The notes under the pieces were generated by a model that was not told where the DNA came from, searched no databases, and was given only the letters and a program-made list of their open reading frames with translations. A stretch of 64,000 nt of DNA from an uncultured Spirochaetota bacterium (GTDB taxonomy: Bacteria; Spirochaetota; Spirochaetia; SZUA-6; Fen-1364), in NCBI GenBank assembly GCA_963781885.1, contig CAWAHW010000004.1:224001-288000 (forward strand), written 5' to 3'. Below, piece after piece: positions 47,694-58,710 of this stretch; positions within the stretch are counted from its first letter, which is position 1; each line of letters starts with the position of its first letter. The position numbers and the translations under genes are program-made.

Positions 47694-48707
47694 TCAGGCT
47701 CCGGCGGGCGCGAGCGCCGCGTGCTGCGCGGAGATGATCCGGTCGCAGAGGCTGTTGAACCTTTCGTTGATCGTGCACCGATCGGGATGCTTCTCAAACC
47801 ACTGGACCGATTCCCGCACACCCACCGCGAAAGGGACCGTCGCGACGAAGCCCGGCACGAAGCTCTTGATCTTCGAGTTGTCGAAGACCGCGCAGCGCGC
47901 CTTGTCGCCCAGGAGGCCCCCGCGCTCCTCAGGGTCGAATGCAGAGATGAAATCCGATGCGACATGGATGATCTCGGGCTCCACGCCGGCCGCGGCACCG
48001 ATGAGCCCGTGGATCTGGTCCCAGGTGAGCACCTCGTCGGAGGTGATGTGGAAGGCATGACCGATCGCCTGGATATTCCCCATGAGGCCGACGAATCCCT
48101 TGGCGAGGTCGGAGTTGTGCGTCATTGTCCACAGCGACGTACCGTCGCCGGGAACGATGATCGGCCGACCCCGCCGCATCCGGTCGACCAGCGACCACGG
48201 GTGCATCCAGCTGCTCACGGCGGCCGGAATCTGGGTGACGCCGTAGGTGTGGCTTGGTCGTACAATCGTCACGGGGAAGCCCTGCTGCCGGTAGGCGGCC
48301 ATGAAGAGATCCTCACAGGCGATCTTGTCCCGGCTGTACTGCCAGAAGGGGTTGGCAAGCGGCGTCGACTCGGTGATCACGTGGCGCGTCGGCGGCTTCT
48401 GGTACGCGCTCGCCGAGCTGATGAAGAAGAACTGGCGGGTGCGTCCGGAGAAAAGCTCGATGTCGCGGGCGGCTTGATCCGGCGTGAAAGCGATCCAGTC
48501 CGCGACCACGTCGAAGCTCTCCCCGCGGAGGGCGTCTGCGACCGCCTTCACGTCGCCGTTGTCGGCGACGATCTGGCGCGCGCCTTTCGGGAAGAACTCC
48601 GCCTTCTGGCCGCGGTTCAGGAGGACAAGCTCGATGCCCCGCTCGACCGCGAGACGGGAGACCGCCGAGCTGATGAGGCCCGTGCCACCGATGAAAAGAG
48701 CTTTCAT
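47694..48707 (-). CDS. Extended SDR / NAD-dependent epimerase-dehydratase
   Basis: IGGTGLIS, FISSASAY, YSRDK and VRPSHTY motifs. Confidence 0.88.
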   Translation of the reverse strand: MKALFIGGTGLISSAVSRLAVERGIELVLLNRGQKAEFFPKGARQIVADNGDVKAVADALRGESFDVVADWIAFTPDQAARDIELFSGRTRQFFFISSASAYQKPPTRHVITESTPLANPFWQYSRDKIACEDLFMAAYRQQGFPVTIVRPSHTYGVTQIPAAVSSWMHPWSLVDRMRRGRPIIVPGDGTSLWTMTHNSDLAKGFVGLMGNIQAIGHAFHITSDEVLTWDQIHGLIGAAAGVEPEIIHVASDFISAFDPEERGGLLGDKARCAVFDNSKIKSFVPGFVATVPFAVGVRESVQWFEKHPDRCTINERFNSLCDRIISAQHAALAPAGA

Positions 48708-48769
48708 GGACAAACGATAACAGAAAGGGTCGCACCGCGAAAGGCCGCGGCGGCCGGGTGCCGGCGTCC

Positions 48770-49816
48770 CTATTGTCGCTTCTTCGCCGTCGCCGCAACG
48801 GCAGCGGGGTCCGCGTTGCGCCGTACCGCGACGATTTCCGCAAGTATCGAGATGGCGATTTCAGCGGGCGTTTCCGCGGCAATCTCGAGCCCGATGGGCG
48901 CATGGAGCGCGTCCACGCGCGCCTTGTCAAAGCCGTCGCTCGCCACCTGGGCGCGGAGGATGCCCGCCTTGCGCGCGCTGCCGATGAAGCCCGCGTAGCG
49001 ATAGGTCTTTCCCAGTACCGCGCGGACGCACGCAAGGTCGAAAAGGTGCCCCCGGGTGAGGATGACGACGTAGGTCGCGGAATCGAAGGGGAACGCCGCA
49101 ATGGCATCGGCATAACCGGCGCAGAAGGTCTTCACCGCGGGCGGAAAACGTCCCGCGGCCGCGAAATCCTTTCGGTCGTCCACCACGGTCACGTCGAAAT
49201 CGAGTGCCGCGGCGATGCCCGCAAGGGCCTGCCCGACGTGCCCGCCGCCGAGGATGAGGAGCTTTTCGCGCGGCAGGACGGGGTCGTACAGGAGGCTTTT
49301 CTCTTCGTCGTAGACTGGCGTCCCGCTCGCCATGCAGAGAGCCGCGGCATCCCGGTCAAGCGCGAAGCCGCGCGGCGCCGGGCCCGCCTCCTGGAGAAGG
49401 GCCATGGACACGGTCCCCGCCGCGCCTGCCTTCATCCCTTCCAGCCTCTTCACGAAAACGGTCCGACGCCCGGCATCCAGCGCCTTGCATGCTTCCTGGA
49501 AGGATCTGCCGTCTGGCACGTACTCCACGAGCAACGTGTCTTCTCCCCCGCACAGGAGCGTTTCGCTTTCGGCCTCGACGCCCTGCATCTCCACGGTCAC
49601 GATCCGCGAGCGCTTCTCTTCGATGCTGCGCAGGGCCGCGTCAATCGCCAGCGCCTCACCCCTGCCGCCGCCCACGGTGCCGACGATCGCTCCCGTTCGG
49701 CGCACGAGCATCTTCGATCCTGCATGCCGCGGCACGGAGCCCTTCGTGGCGATCACGGTGACCAGTGAGGCTGCCTCGCCGCTTTCGGCCATTGCCTTGA
49801 TGACCTCCACGCTCAT
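48770..49816 (-). CDS. xdhC: XdhC/CoxI molybdenum cofactor maturation factor
   Basis: GSVPR.AGSKM, GTVGGG.E, CGG, GGGHVG, YAGFIGS and PIGLEI.AETPAEIA motifs. Confidence 0.92.
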   Translation of the reverse strand: MSVEVIKAMAESGEAASLVTVIATKGSVPRHAGSKMLVRRTGAIVGTVGGGRGEALAIDAALRSIEEKRSRIVTVEMQGVEAESETLLCGGEDTLLVEYVPDGRSFQEACKALDAGRRTVFVKRLEGMKAGAAGTVSMALLQEAGPAPRGFALDRDAAALCMASGTPVYDEEKSLLYDPVLPREKLLILGGGHVGQALAGIAAALDFDVTVVDDRKDFAAAGRFPPAVKTFCAGYADAIAAFPFDSATYVVILTRGHLFDLACVRAVLGKTYRYAGFIGSARKAGILRAQVASDGFDKARVDALHAPIGLEIAAETPAEIAISILAEIVAVRRNADPAAVAATAKKRQ

Positions 49817-52800
49817 GCCCTTCCTCCCTGCCCGGTCAAGAGCCGTTCCTGCACCGCCCGATAGATCGCTTCTGAAGTTGCCGGGGCATCGAGGCGCACT
49901 TCACCGCCGGGGGAGCCGAAAGCGGCAACGGCGTCGCGTAGTGCCTCGCGAACGGAGATGGACAACATCAGCGGCGGCTCTCCAATTGCCTTGCTGCCGT
50001 GGATGGTGCCCTCCTGCGCGGCATGCGGCAGCATCGTGACGTGGAGCTCCAGGGGCGCATCGCTGATGGCGGGGATCTGGTAGGTGCTTGCGCTGTGCGT
50101 CTGCAGCCGGCCCTCCGTGTCCCAGCGAAGCTCCTCCCGTGTGAGCCACCCCATGCCCTGGACGAAGCCTCCCTCGATCTGGCCGCGATCCACGCCGGGG
50201 TTCAGCGATTGCCCCACGTCCTGCACGATGTCGACGCGCAGCACGCGGTGCATGCCGGTGTATCCATCCACCTCCACCTCGCTCACGGCTGCCCCGCTCA
50301 CGAAATAGTAGAAGGGGTGCCCCGTCGCCGTGTCCCAGTCCCACTGGATGCCCGGCGTCGCATAGTAGCCGGTGGCCGACAGGCTGATGCGCTGCAGGTA
50401 GGCCTCCTGGCACACGTCGACAAAGGCAACGCGCGGATCCTCCCCTCCTGCGCGGCCGGCAAAGCCTCCGGCGAAAACCACGTCGCGAGCGGCGACCGCG
50501 GCGCCGGTTTTCCTGCTCAGCAGCTCCGCCGCGACCGGCGCCAGGCGCTCCCGCAGGCTCACGCAGGCATTCTTCACCGCCCACCCGTTCATGTCGGAAC
50601 CTGACGAAGCCGCGGTGGCCGAAGTGTTCGGCACCTTGTCCGTGCTGGTGGGCATCATGCGGATGCGGTCGGCGGGAAGACCCAGCTCCCGCATCGCAAC
50701 GCCCAGCACCTTTGTGTGCAGGCCCTGGCCCATTTCCGTGCCGCCGTGATTCACCTGCACGCTGCCGTCCTGGTAGATCATGACCAGCGCGCCCGCCTGG
50801 TTGAATGCCGCGCGCGTGAAGGAGATGCCGAACTTCTCCCCCGTCACCGCGAGACCCCGCTTCACCCCCGCGTGCTCCCGGTTCCAGAGATCGATCTCGC
50901 GTCGGCGCGCCGCGAAGCCTGCCTGGGCCTGCGCCTGTTCCCACATTACATTCAGCCTGTTGTCGCCGATCTCCATGCCATACGGCGTCGTGTTGGTCTC
51001 TCCGGCGCCGTGGTAGAGGTTGGCCGTTCGCACCTGCTCGGGGGGAAGGCCGAGCCGGCGGGCAACGCGGTCCATGATCTCTTCCATCACAAGCATGGCC
51101 TGCGGTCCGCCGAAGCCGCGGAAGGCGGTATGGGAGGTCGTGTTCGTCCGCGCAACGCGGCCGCTGAAACGCACCGCGGGGATGTAGTAGACATTGTCCA
51201 GGTGGAAAAGGGCGCGATCCATGATGGGCTGCGAGAGGTCCAGCGACCAGCCGCCGTCTGAGACCAGGTCCACGGCCGCGGCGAGGATCATGCCCGACCG
51301 GTCATAACCCACCGAGAACTTCGAATGGAAGGGATGGCGCTTGCCCGTGATGGTCATATCGAGATCCCGGTCGAGCTGCAGGCGGACCGGTCGGCCCGTC
51401 CGGTTGACGGCGACTGCGACCAGGGCGGCGAACGTGTTGCCCTGCACCTCCTTGCCACCGAAAGCCCCGCCCATGCGCGGGGCCTCCACCACGATCCTGT
51501 TCCGCGGCACGCCCAGGACTTCCGCGACGATGGTCTGGATTTCCGATGGGTGCTGCGTGGACGAGCTCACGAACATCGCGCCGTATTCCCGCGGCTCCGC
51601 CCAGGCGGCGTGGGTTTCAAGGTAGAAATGCTCCTGGCCCCCTGACTCGAACTCACCGTCCAGGCGCAGCGGCGCGGCCGAGAGCGCCTGGCCGCAATCT
51701 CCCCGCGTCAGGACGTGCGGCTCGGTGAGGTAGCTTTCGCGCGCGATGGCATCTGCGATGCCCAGGATCGGCGGCAGCGGCTCGTAGCTCACCTCGACGA
51801 GCGCGGCTGCCCGCCGGCATTCCTTGATCGTGTCGCCGACGACGAGCGCCACGAGCTGTCCGTGATAGAGCACCTCGTCCGTGGCGAACAGAGGCTCGTC
51901 GTGGCGCGCCGTGCCGACATTGTTCTCCCCCGGTATGTCCTCTGCCATGAGCACGGCAGCCACGCCAGTGCGCGCGCCGCGCCTTGTCCGCGTTTCGGGA
52001 GGTGATGCGCGCGTGGGCATAGGGCGAGCAGACGGGCCACGCTTCCAGCATCGGCCGGCGCTGCGCGGTATCGTCGACGTACAGCGCGCCGCCCGTGACG
52101 TGCCCCGCGCCGCTCTCGTGCGACAGCGCGCGCGACGGGTCGACGTCGGGAAACGCCTCCCCCATCGCAAAGTCCAGATTGCCATCCTGGGCAACGCTCT
52201 TTTCGCCGCGCGCGAACTTCTCCCACAGGCTCACGATGAGGCCGCGTCGGTATGCCGCGCTCCCGCGCACGTCGTCGATGGGCTGGAACTCGCCGCGGAG
52301 GGCTTCTGAAACCGCCTCGCGCGCATCGGCCACGCGGCGGCCGGTGAGCGCCTGTTCCGCCTTCCGCGCCCGTGACGACGTGACCGCGACCCCGCCGTAG
52401 GCGATGCGCGCGAGCTGCACGACACCATCGGCGTCGAGGTCCAGCCGGAAGGCGCCTGCGACAATGCTGATGTCCAGCTCGCGTCTCTTGGAGACCTTCA
52501 GGAAATCCATCTGTCGTGTCTGTCCCGCGACGGGTCGAAGACGCGGCACAATAATGGCACGGATGATCTCCCCCGGCCGCAGCGCGGTTTTCCGATAGGC
52601 CAGGAAGAAATCTGAAAGCGGTATGGTCCTTTCGCCGTTCTCCGATGCGAGAACGAGCGACGCATCGAGGGTCAGGAGCACCGGCGCGCTGTCGCCGATG
52701 GGCGACGCCGTGGCGATGTTTCCTCCCATCGTTGCGCGGTTGCGGATTCCGCGCGAGGCAAAGACCCGCAGCATCCGGGCCAGCGACGGATATTCCGCTG

Positions 52801-53653
52801 CCATGGACTCTTCGATCGCGGTGAATGATGCCGCCCCGCCGACCCGCCATTCCGTCGGCGTTTGCTCGATGCGCGTGAGATCGGGAACGCCCTCCGTGGA
52901 GATCAGGAGCGGGCAGGAGGCGAGCTTCTTGTTGATCTCCACGCCGATCTCGGTCGCCCCCGCGACAAGGCGCGCAGCGGGATATTCCCGCATGAGCCGG
53001 AAGAGCCCGGCGAGAGTGGTCGGACGAAAGAATCTTTCACCGTGCGCCGCGTAGTCCAGCGCGGGCAGCGGTGAAAAGGGCGCCTCCAGGCGTGCGCGAA
53101 AGCGGTCTTCCGCGGTCGATGATGCCCGCTCTGCCAGCGCCCCCAGCGCGGCGTCGCGGATGGGGCGATAGCCGGTGCACCGGCAGAGATTTCCGCTGAG
53201 CTGGTCGCTGAGCTGCCACGACTCCCGGCAATCTTCCCGGTACCAGGCTTCGAAGAGGGACATGACGAAACCAGGGGTGCAGTAGCCGCACTGCGACCCA
53301 TACTGCCGGACCATGTGCGCCTGCACCGGGTGCAGCTCCCCGCCTGCCGCGAGCCCTTCCACGGTGACGATCTCCCGGCCCGCGAACATCGGCAGGAGCG
53401 CGATGCAGCTGTTGACGGCGCGGTAGGTCGGCTTTCCGTCGGCGGTGCGGTCGACAAGCGCCACCGTGCAGGCGCCGCAATCCCCCTCGGCGCAGCCCTG
53501 CTTCCCGCCGGTGTAGCCGTGCGTGCGAAGGAAATCAAGAAGAGTGGTGGTGGGCGCAATGTCGGCCACGGGAACGGAAACGCCGTTGATCGTGATGGTA
53601 AAACCGCCCGGCGCAGGATGCGGGAGGGGTGCAGCGGCTGCCTTCTTCTTCAT
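49813..53653 (-). CDS. xdhB: Xanthine dehydrogenase, fused XdhA+XdhB polypeptide, with one frameshift near 51970
   Basis: [2Fe-2S] motifs GCAEGDCGAC, QCGYCTPGF and NLCRCTGY, then the FAD domain running in frame into HESGAGHVTGGALYVDD. Moco-domain motifs GQEHFYLE, GGAFGGKE, TAFRGFGGPQ and KAIGEPP are in the next frame. Confidence 0.92.
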
Positions 53654-53814
53654 GACGGACCCCGAGTGTAATCACTCGTCCGCGGCAACGCAACTGCCGT
53701 GAGGCCGGCCCGTTATGACGGTGTCGCTCCCGCGACGGGGCGACAGGACGATCGGCGTCCCGCCGTCCGATTGCAGTATATTAGAGTAGAGCAGATTGCA
53801 CGAAGGAGAGCTCG

Positions 53815-54219
53815 ATGAGAACAAAAGTGGGCCTCTGGATAGACCACCGCAAAGCGTTGATCGTCACGATGACCGAAAAAGGGGAGGTGCTCAAACTGGT
53901 CATCTCCGCCATAGAGAGACAGGCGCGTCGATCGTCGGCCGCACGCAGCTCCGGTCCCTTTGAGCCGCAGCATGTGCCGGCGGATGACATGCGGCAGCGC
54001 GCATTTGCCGGACACCTGAATATCTACTACGACGCGGTGATTGCGAGCATCCGCGGGGCGGAATCCATCCTGATATTCGGCCCGGGCGAGGCAAAAGGCG
54101 AACTGGAAAAGCGATTGAAAAAGGACAACCTCGGCGCGCGCATCGTCGGCGTTGAAACGGTCGACAAGATGTCCGATAACCAGATCGCGGCGAAAGTTCG
54201 CGCGCACTTTGCCGCGTAG
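53815..54219 (+). CDS. Small eRF1-like (baeRF/host-attachment-like) protein
   Basis: VGLWIDHRKALIV...ILIFGPGEAK.EL...VETVDKMSDNQI.AKVR; RBS AGGAG. Confidence 0.7.
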   Translation: MRTKVGLWIDHRKALIVTMTEKGEVLKLVISAIERQARRSSAARSSGPFEPQHVPADDMRQRAFAGHLNIYYDAVIASIRGAESILIFGPGEAKGELEKRLKKDNLGARIVGVETVDKMSDNQIAAKVRAHFAA

Positions 54220-54230
54220 GCGCGCCCGCC

Positions 54231-55871
54231 TTACGACGGCGCGCGGGATGCGCGGAAGCGCCGGATGAGGGTGTTCGTCGAGTTGTCGTGCATGAGCGGG
54301 GTCTGAGACGACGCTTCCAGCTCGGGAATGATGCGCCCGGCGAGCACCTTGCCGAGCTCCACGCCCCACTGGTCGAAGGAATCGATCTGCCAGATCGCCC
54401 CCTGCGTGAACACGCTGTGCTCGTAGAGCGCGACGAGCTTGCCCAGCGACTCCGGCGTGAGCTTCTCCAGCAGGATCATGTTTGACGGGCGGTTGCCCTC
54501 GAAGGTGCGGTGCGGCACCAGCCAGGCGGGCGTGTTCTCGGCCAGCACCTCCTGCGGAGTCTTGCCGAAAGCCAGGGCTTCGGCCTGGGCGAAAACATTG
54601 GCCAGCAGCAATTCATGGTGACGACCGAGCGCGTGGAGCGGCCGTGAAAAAGCGATAAAGTCGCACGGAATCAGCTTCGTGCCCTGATGGATGAGCTGAT
54701 AAAAGGAATGCTGACCGTTTGTTCCCGGCTCACCCCAATAGATGGGCCCCGTCTGGAAAGGAATTTCGGCGCCATCCAGGGTGACGCGCTTGCCGTTGCT
54801 CTCCATGGCCAGCTGCTGCAAGTACGCGGGGAAGCGCTTCAGGTACTGCTCGTACGGCAGGACCGCCACGGTCTGGGCGCCGAAAAAGTTGTTGTACCAG
54901 AGACCCAGGAGACCAAGGAGCACGGGCAGGTTGCGCGCGAACGGGGCGCTGCGGAAATGCTCGTCCATCTGGTGAAGACCGTCGAGCAGGGCGCGGAAAT
55001 GCTCGGGTCCGATGGCGATCATGGTGGAGAGACCGATCGCCGCGTCCATCGAGTAGCGGCCGCCGACCCAATCCCAGAACTCGAACATGTTCGCCGTGTC
55101 GATGCCGAACGCGGCCACCTCCTTCGCGTTGGTCGACACCGCGACGAAATGACGGGCGACCGCCGCAGGATTCTTCAGCGCCGCAAGACACCAGTCGCGG
55201 GCCGTGCGCGCATTGGTCATCGTCTCGAGCGTCGTGAAAGTCTTCGAGGAGATGATGAAGAGCGTCTCTTCGGGGTCCAGATCCCGGGTGGCCTCGAAAA
55301 AGTCGGTGCCGTCGATGTTGGAGACGAATCGGAAGGCGAGGTCGCGCTGGCTGTAGTCCCGCAGGGCCTCGTATGCCATCACCGGCCCCAGGTCCGACCC
55401 GCCGATGCCGATATTGACGACGTTGCGAATCCGCTTCCCGGTATGGCCCTTCCACGCGCCGCTGCGCACCCGGCGGGAGAAGTCCGTCATCTTGTCCAGC
55501 ACGGCGTGCACCTGCGGCACGACGTCAACGCCGTCGACGGTCATGGATCGGCCTTTCGGTGCGCGGAGAGCCACGTGCAGGACGGACCGATTCTCGGTGA
55601 CGTTGATCTTTTCCCCGTTGAACATGGCATCGACGCGGGCTTTCAAAGCCGATTCCTCCGCGAGCTGGAGGAGGAGTGAAAGTGTCGTGTCGTCGATCCT
55701 GTTCTTCGAGTAGTCGAAATAGATGCCGACGGCTTCCGCCGTCATCCTTTCTCCGCGGGTCGGGTCGCCTGCAAACAACGTGCGGAGAGACACCTTCCGC
55801 ATCTCGGTGGAGTGGGTCTCCAGGGCTTTCCATGCGGCTCTTTTCATGAGCGGCGGAACATCTGACGCCAT
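54231..55871 (-). CDS. pgi: Glucose-6-phosphate isomerase
   Basis: [43 protein letters not shown] and [10 protein letters not shown] motifs. Confidence 0.98.
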   Translation of the reverse strand: MASDVPPLMKRAAWKALETHSTEMRKVSLRTLFAGDPTRGERMTAEAVGIYFDYSKNRIDDTTLSLLLQLAEESALKARVDAMFNGEKINVTENRSVLHVALRAPKGRSMTVDGVDVVPQVHAVLDKMTDFSRRVRSGAWKGHTGKRIRNVVNIGIGGSDLGPVMAYEALRDYSQRDLAFRFVSNIDGTDFFEATRDLDPEETLFIISSKTFTTLETMTNARTARDWCLAALKNPAAVARHFVAVSTNAKEVAAFGIDTANMFEFWDWVGGRYSMDAAIGLSTMIAIGPEHFRALLDGLHQMDEHFRSAPFARNLPVLLGLLGLWYNNFFGAQTVAVLPYEQYLKRFPAYLQQLAMESNGKRVTLDGAEIPFQTGPIYWGEPGTNGQHSFYQLIHQGTKLIPCDFIAFSRPLHALGRHHELLLANVFAQAEALAFGKTPQEVLAENTPAWLVPHRTFEGNRPSNMILLEKLTPESLGKLVALYEHSVFTQGAIWQIDSFDQWGVELGKVLAGRIIPELEASSQTPLMHDNSTNTLIRRFRASRAPS

Positions 55872-55993
55872 GCTTTTCTCCTTCACGTCACGAGGATGCG
55901 CGAAAAGGCCGTCGGCTTCAAGAATCAAATCGAATGGGCGCCCGGGCGACGATTTGCCTCGCCAGGAAACGAAATCTGTGTATAATGCGTCTC

Positions 55994-56890
55994 ATGCTGA
56001 AAAAGACGCGGCCCGATGGCACGTATCTCGCGGCGCTGCCGCACTTCACCCGTTTGCTGCCCTACCTGATGGGAAGCAGGACGGACTCGACAATCTTCTT
56101 CGAGCAGGATTTCGACGTCACCGAGGCTCTGCGGTACGTGAAGGAAAAGAACCTCTCCCACAACGGCGGGGAAAAGAAGCTCACCTTCTTTCAGGTTTTC
56201 CTCTGCGGCGCCGTGCGGACAATAGCCCTGCGGCCGAAGCTGAACCGTTTCGTCTCGGGGTACAACTACTACCAGCGGAACAAGATCGTCTTCAACTTCG
56301 TCGCGAAGAAGGAGCTGAGCGACAAGGGGGAGGAGATCAACATCACGATCCCCTTTGCGCCGGATGAAACCCTCGACACGCTGCCCGCCAAGGTGCACGC
56401 CTTCGTGGATCGGGGCAAGGAGGGAAAGAGCGGCGAAGCAAACGAAAGCGACAGCACGAACGCGTTCCTTGCAAAGCTGCCGCGCTGGATGATACGGCTC
56501 GTCATCTTCGTCCTCCGCTCCCTGGACTACCACAACATGCTGCCGGAGTCCTTCATCAACTCGATGCCGTTCTGGGCGAGCATCTTCTTCACCAACGTGG
56601 GAAGCGTGGGCATCGACGCGCCTTTTCATCACAATTTCAACATCGGCACCTGCGGTTTCTTCATCGCCCTGGGCAAGATCCGCAAGGACAAGGTGCCGGT
56701 GGAGGGCGGGACGGTGGAGCTGCGTGACCGTGTCAAGGTGACATTCACCTACGACGACCGTATCGTGGACGGCATCTACTGCGGCCGCGCCATCGACCTT
56801 TTCCGCTCATTCGTCGAAGACCCCGCCCAACTCCAGAAAGCGCCCGAGCTGAGCGACGAATTGCGGGCCGAGCTCATGTTGAAGGGATGA
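55994..56890 (+). CDS. Stand-alone 2-oxoacid dehydrogenase E2-like acyltransferase domain
   Basis: RPKLNRFV, SIFFTNVGSVG and TFTYDDRIVDG motifs; no lipoyl domain. TATAAT at 55981-55986. Confidence 0.8.
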   Translation: MLKKTRPDGTYLAALPHFTRLLPYLMGSRTDSTIFFEQDFDVTEALRYVKEKNLSHNGGEKKLTFFQVFLCGAVRTIALRPKLNRFVSGYNYYQRNKIVFNFVAKKELSDKGEEINITIPFAPDETLDTLPAKVHAFVDRGKEGKSGEANESDSTNAFLAKLPRWMIRLVIFVLRSLDYHNMLPESFINSMPFWASIFFTNVGSVGIDAPFHHNFNIGTCGFFIALGKIRKDKVPVEGGTVELRDRVKVTFTYDDRIVDGIYCGRAIDLFRSFVEDPAQLQKAPELSDELRAELMLKG

Positions 56891-56894
56891 TCCG

Positions 56895-58598
56895 ATGTAC
56901 GAGAAAAAACCCTGGTTGAAATTCTACGGGGCGACGCCGCCCACGCTCTCCTATCCACCAATGACCATGTCGGGGGCCTTGCACGAAAAGGCACGGGAGC
57001 TTCCCGCGCCCACGGCGCTGATCTACATGGGCGCGCGCATCAGCCACGCCGCGCTGGACCGGCGCATCCAGGGCATGAGCCGCGCACTGGGCGCCGCCGG
57101 CATGAAGCGCGGCGACCACGTCCTGGTCTGCCTTCCCAACGTCCCCCAGGCCGTGATCGTCTTCTATGCGCTCAACCGCCTGGGAGCCGTGCCCGCCATG
57201 ATCCATCCACTATCGGCTCCGTCGGAAATACGCGGCTACGCGACGCAGACGTCGTGCACCTGGGCGGTCACGCTGGACGCCTTCTATCCGCGTTTCGCGG
57301 AAATCCGCGGCCAGACGAGGCTTGCCCACATGGTGATCTGCCGCGCCGACGACTGCATGGGTCCCTTTCTGAAGCTGGGTTTCGCGCTCACGGAGGCACG
57401 GAAGATCGCCCCCATACCTTCGGACCCGAGCCTCTTGAAATGGAAAGAATTGGAAAGGCAGGGCCGCACGGCGCCCGAGCTGGCTGCGCCTGATCCCCTT
57501 TCGCCGGATGAGCTCGCCTTGTTTCTTTTCAGCGGCGGCACGACGGCCGCATCCAAGGCCATCATGCTCTCCAGCACCAATTGCAATGTCCTGGCCGTCC
57601 AGACGAACGCCGCCGGAGGCCCGATATTGCCCGGCGACTCCATGCTCTCCATCCTGCCCATGTTCCACGGCTTCGGGCTTGCCGTCGGCATCCACGCGAT
57701 ATTGATCCAGGGCGGGACCTGCGTCCTCGTGCCGCGATTCACCGCCGACGGACTGGCGGCGCTCGTGAAGAAGTACAGGCCCGCCTACATGGCGGGCGTC
57801 CCCACGCTCTTCGACGCACTCGCCTCGAATCCGCGATTCGCGAAAGCGCCGGCCGGAAGCTTCAAGGGGCTCTTCTGCGGCGGCGACAGCCTGAGCCGGC
57901 AGACGAAGGAGCGATTCGAAGAGGTGGTGAAGCGCGTCGGCTGCACGACGCCCCTGCGGGAGGGCTACGGCCTGACGGAATCCGTAACGGCGAACATGCT
58001 GATGCCGCGGGACCACTATCGGGAGGGAAGCATGGGCATCCCGTACCCCGACATGCTCGGCAAGGTCGTACGGCCGGGCACCATGGAAGAAGCGGCGCCG
58101 GGAGAGGACGGGGAGATATGCGTGAGCGGCCCCACGCTCATGCTCGGCTATCTCGACGACCCGGATGAAACGGCGGTCACCTTGCGTCGGCACGATGACG
58201 GCCTGCTCTGGCTGCATACGGGCGACATCGGCACGATGGACGAGGACGGGTTTTTCTATTTCAAGCAGCGCGTGAAGCGCATCATCAAGACATCGGGCAT
58301 CAGCGTGTATCCCTCCCAGATCGAGGACGTGCTGAACAAGCATCCGGCGGTCCGTCTCTCCTGCGTCATCGGCGTCCCGCATCCGACAAAGCTCCAGGTG
58401 CCGAAGGGTTTCGTCACCCTGAACGACGGATGGAAGGCGAATCCCGACCTGGAGCAGGAGCTGATCGAGCACTGCAGGAAAGAGCTGATGCCGCACTCCT
58501 GTCCCCGCGGCATCGAGTTCCGCGACCGCCTGCCCCTCACCCTCGTGGGCAAGGTGGCCTACCGCGCCCTTGAAGCGCAGGAGCCGCAGCCAAAGTAG
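56895..58598 (+). CDS. Long-chain acyl-CoA synthetase (AMP-binding)
   Basis: FSGGTTAASK, EGYGLTE, WLHTGD and LPLTLVGK motifs. Confidence 0.93.
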   Translation: MYEKKPWLKFYGATPPTLSYPPMTMSGALHEKARELPAPTALIYMGARISHAALDRRIQGMSRALGAAGMKRGDHVLVCLPNVPQAVIVFYALNRLGAVPAMIHPLSAPSEIRGYATQTSCTWAVTLDAFYPRFAEIRGQTRLAHMVICRADDCMGPFLKLGFALTEARKIAPIPSDPSLLKWKELERQGRTAPELAAPDPLSPDELALFLFSGGTTAASKAIMLSSTNCNVLAVQTNAAGGPILPGDSMLSILPMFHGFGLAVGIHAILIQGGTCVLVPRFTADGLAALVKKYRPAYMAGVPTLFDALASNPRFAKAPAGSFKGLFCGGDSLSRQTKERFEEVVKRVGCTTPLREGYGLTESVTANMLMPRDHYREGSMGIPYPDMLGKVVRPGTMEEAAPGEDGEICVSGPTLMLGYLDDPDETAVTLRRHDDGLLWLHTGDIGTMDEDGFFYFKQRVKRIIKTSGISVYPSQIEDVLNKHPAVRLSCVIGVPHPTKLQVPKGFVTLNDGWKANPDLEQELIEHCRKELMPHSCPRGIEFRDRLPLTLVGKVAYRALEAQEPQPK

Positions 58599-58710
58599 GC
58601 CCGCCTCGGCCCTGACGACGATTCACGGTCCCTTCTCCGCTGCTTTGACCTCTGTCCGCAGTGTTCGTACCTTTAGCCGGGCGTGGAAAACGCCCCGGAG
58701 GTGAGAGGTC

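Noticed and set aside
53654-53814. Possible purine, xanthine or Moco riboswitch upstream of xdh
   Set aside because: GC-rich hairpins are present, but I could not match the conserved core nucleotides on the xdh strand. An Rfam/Infernal scan would decide.
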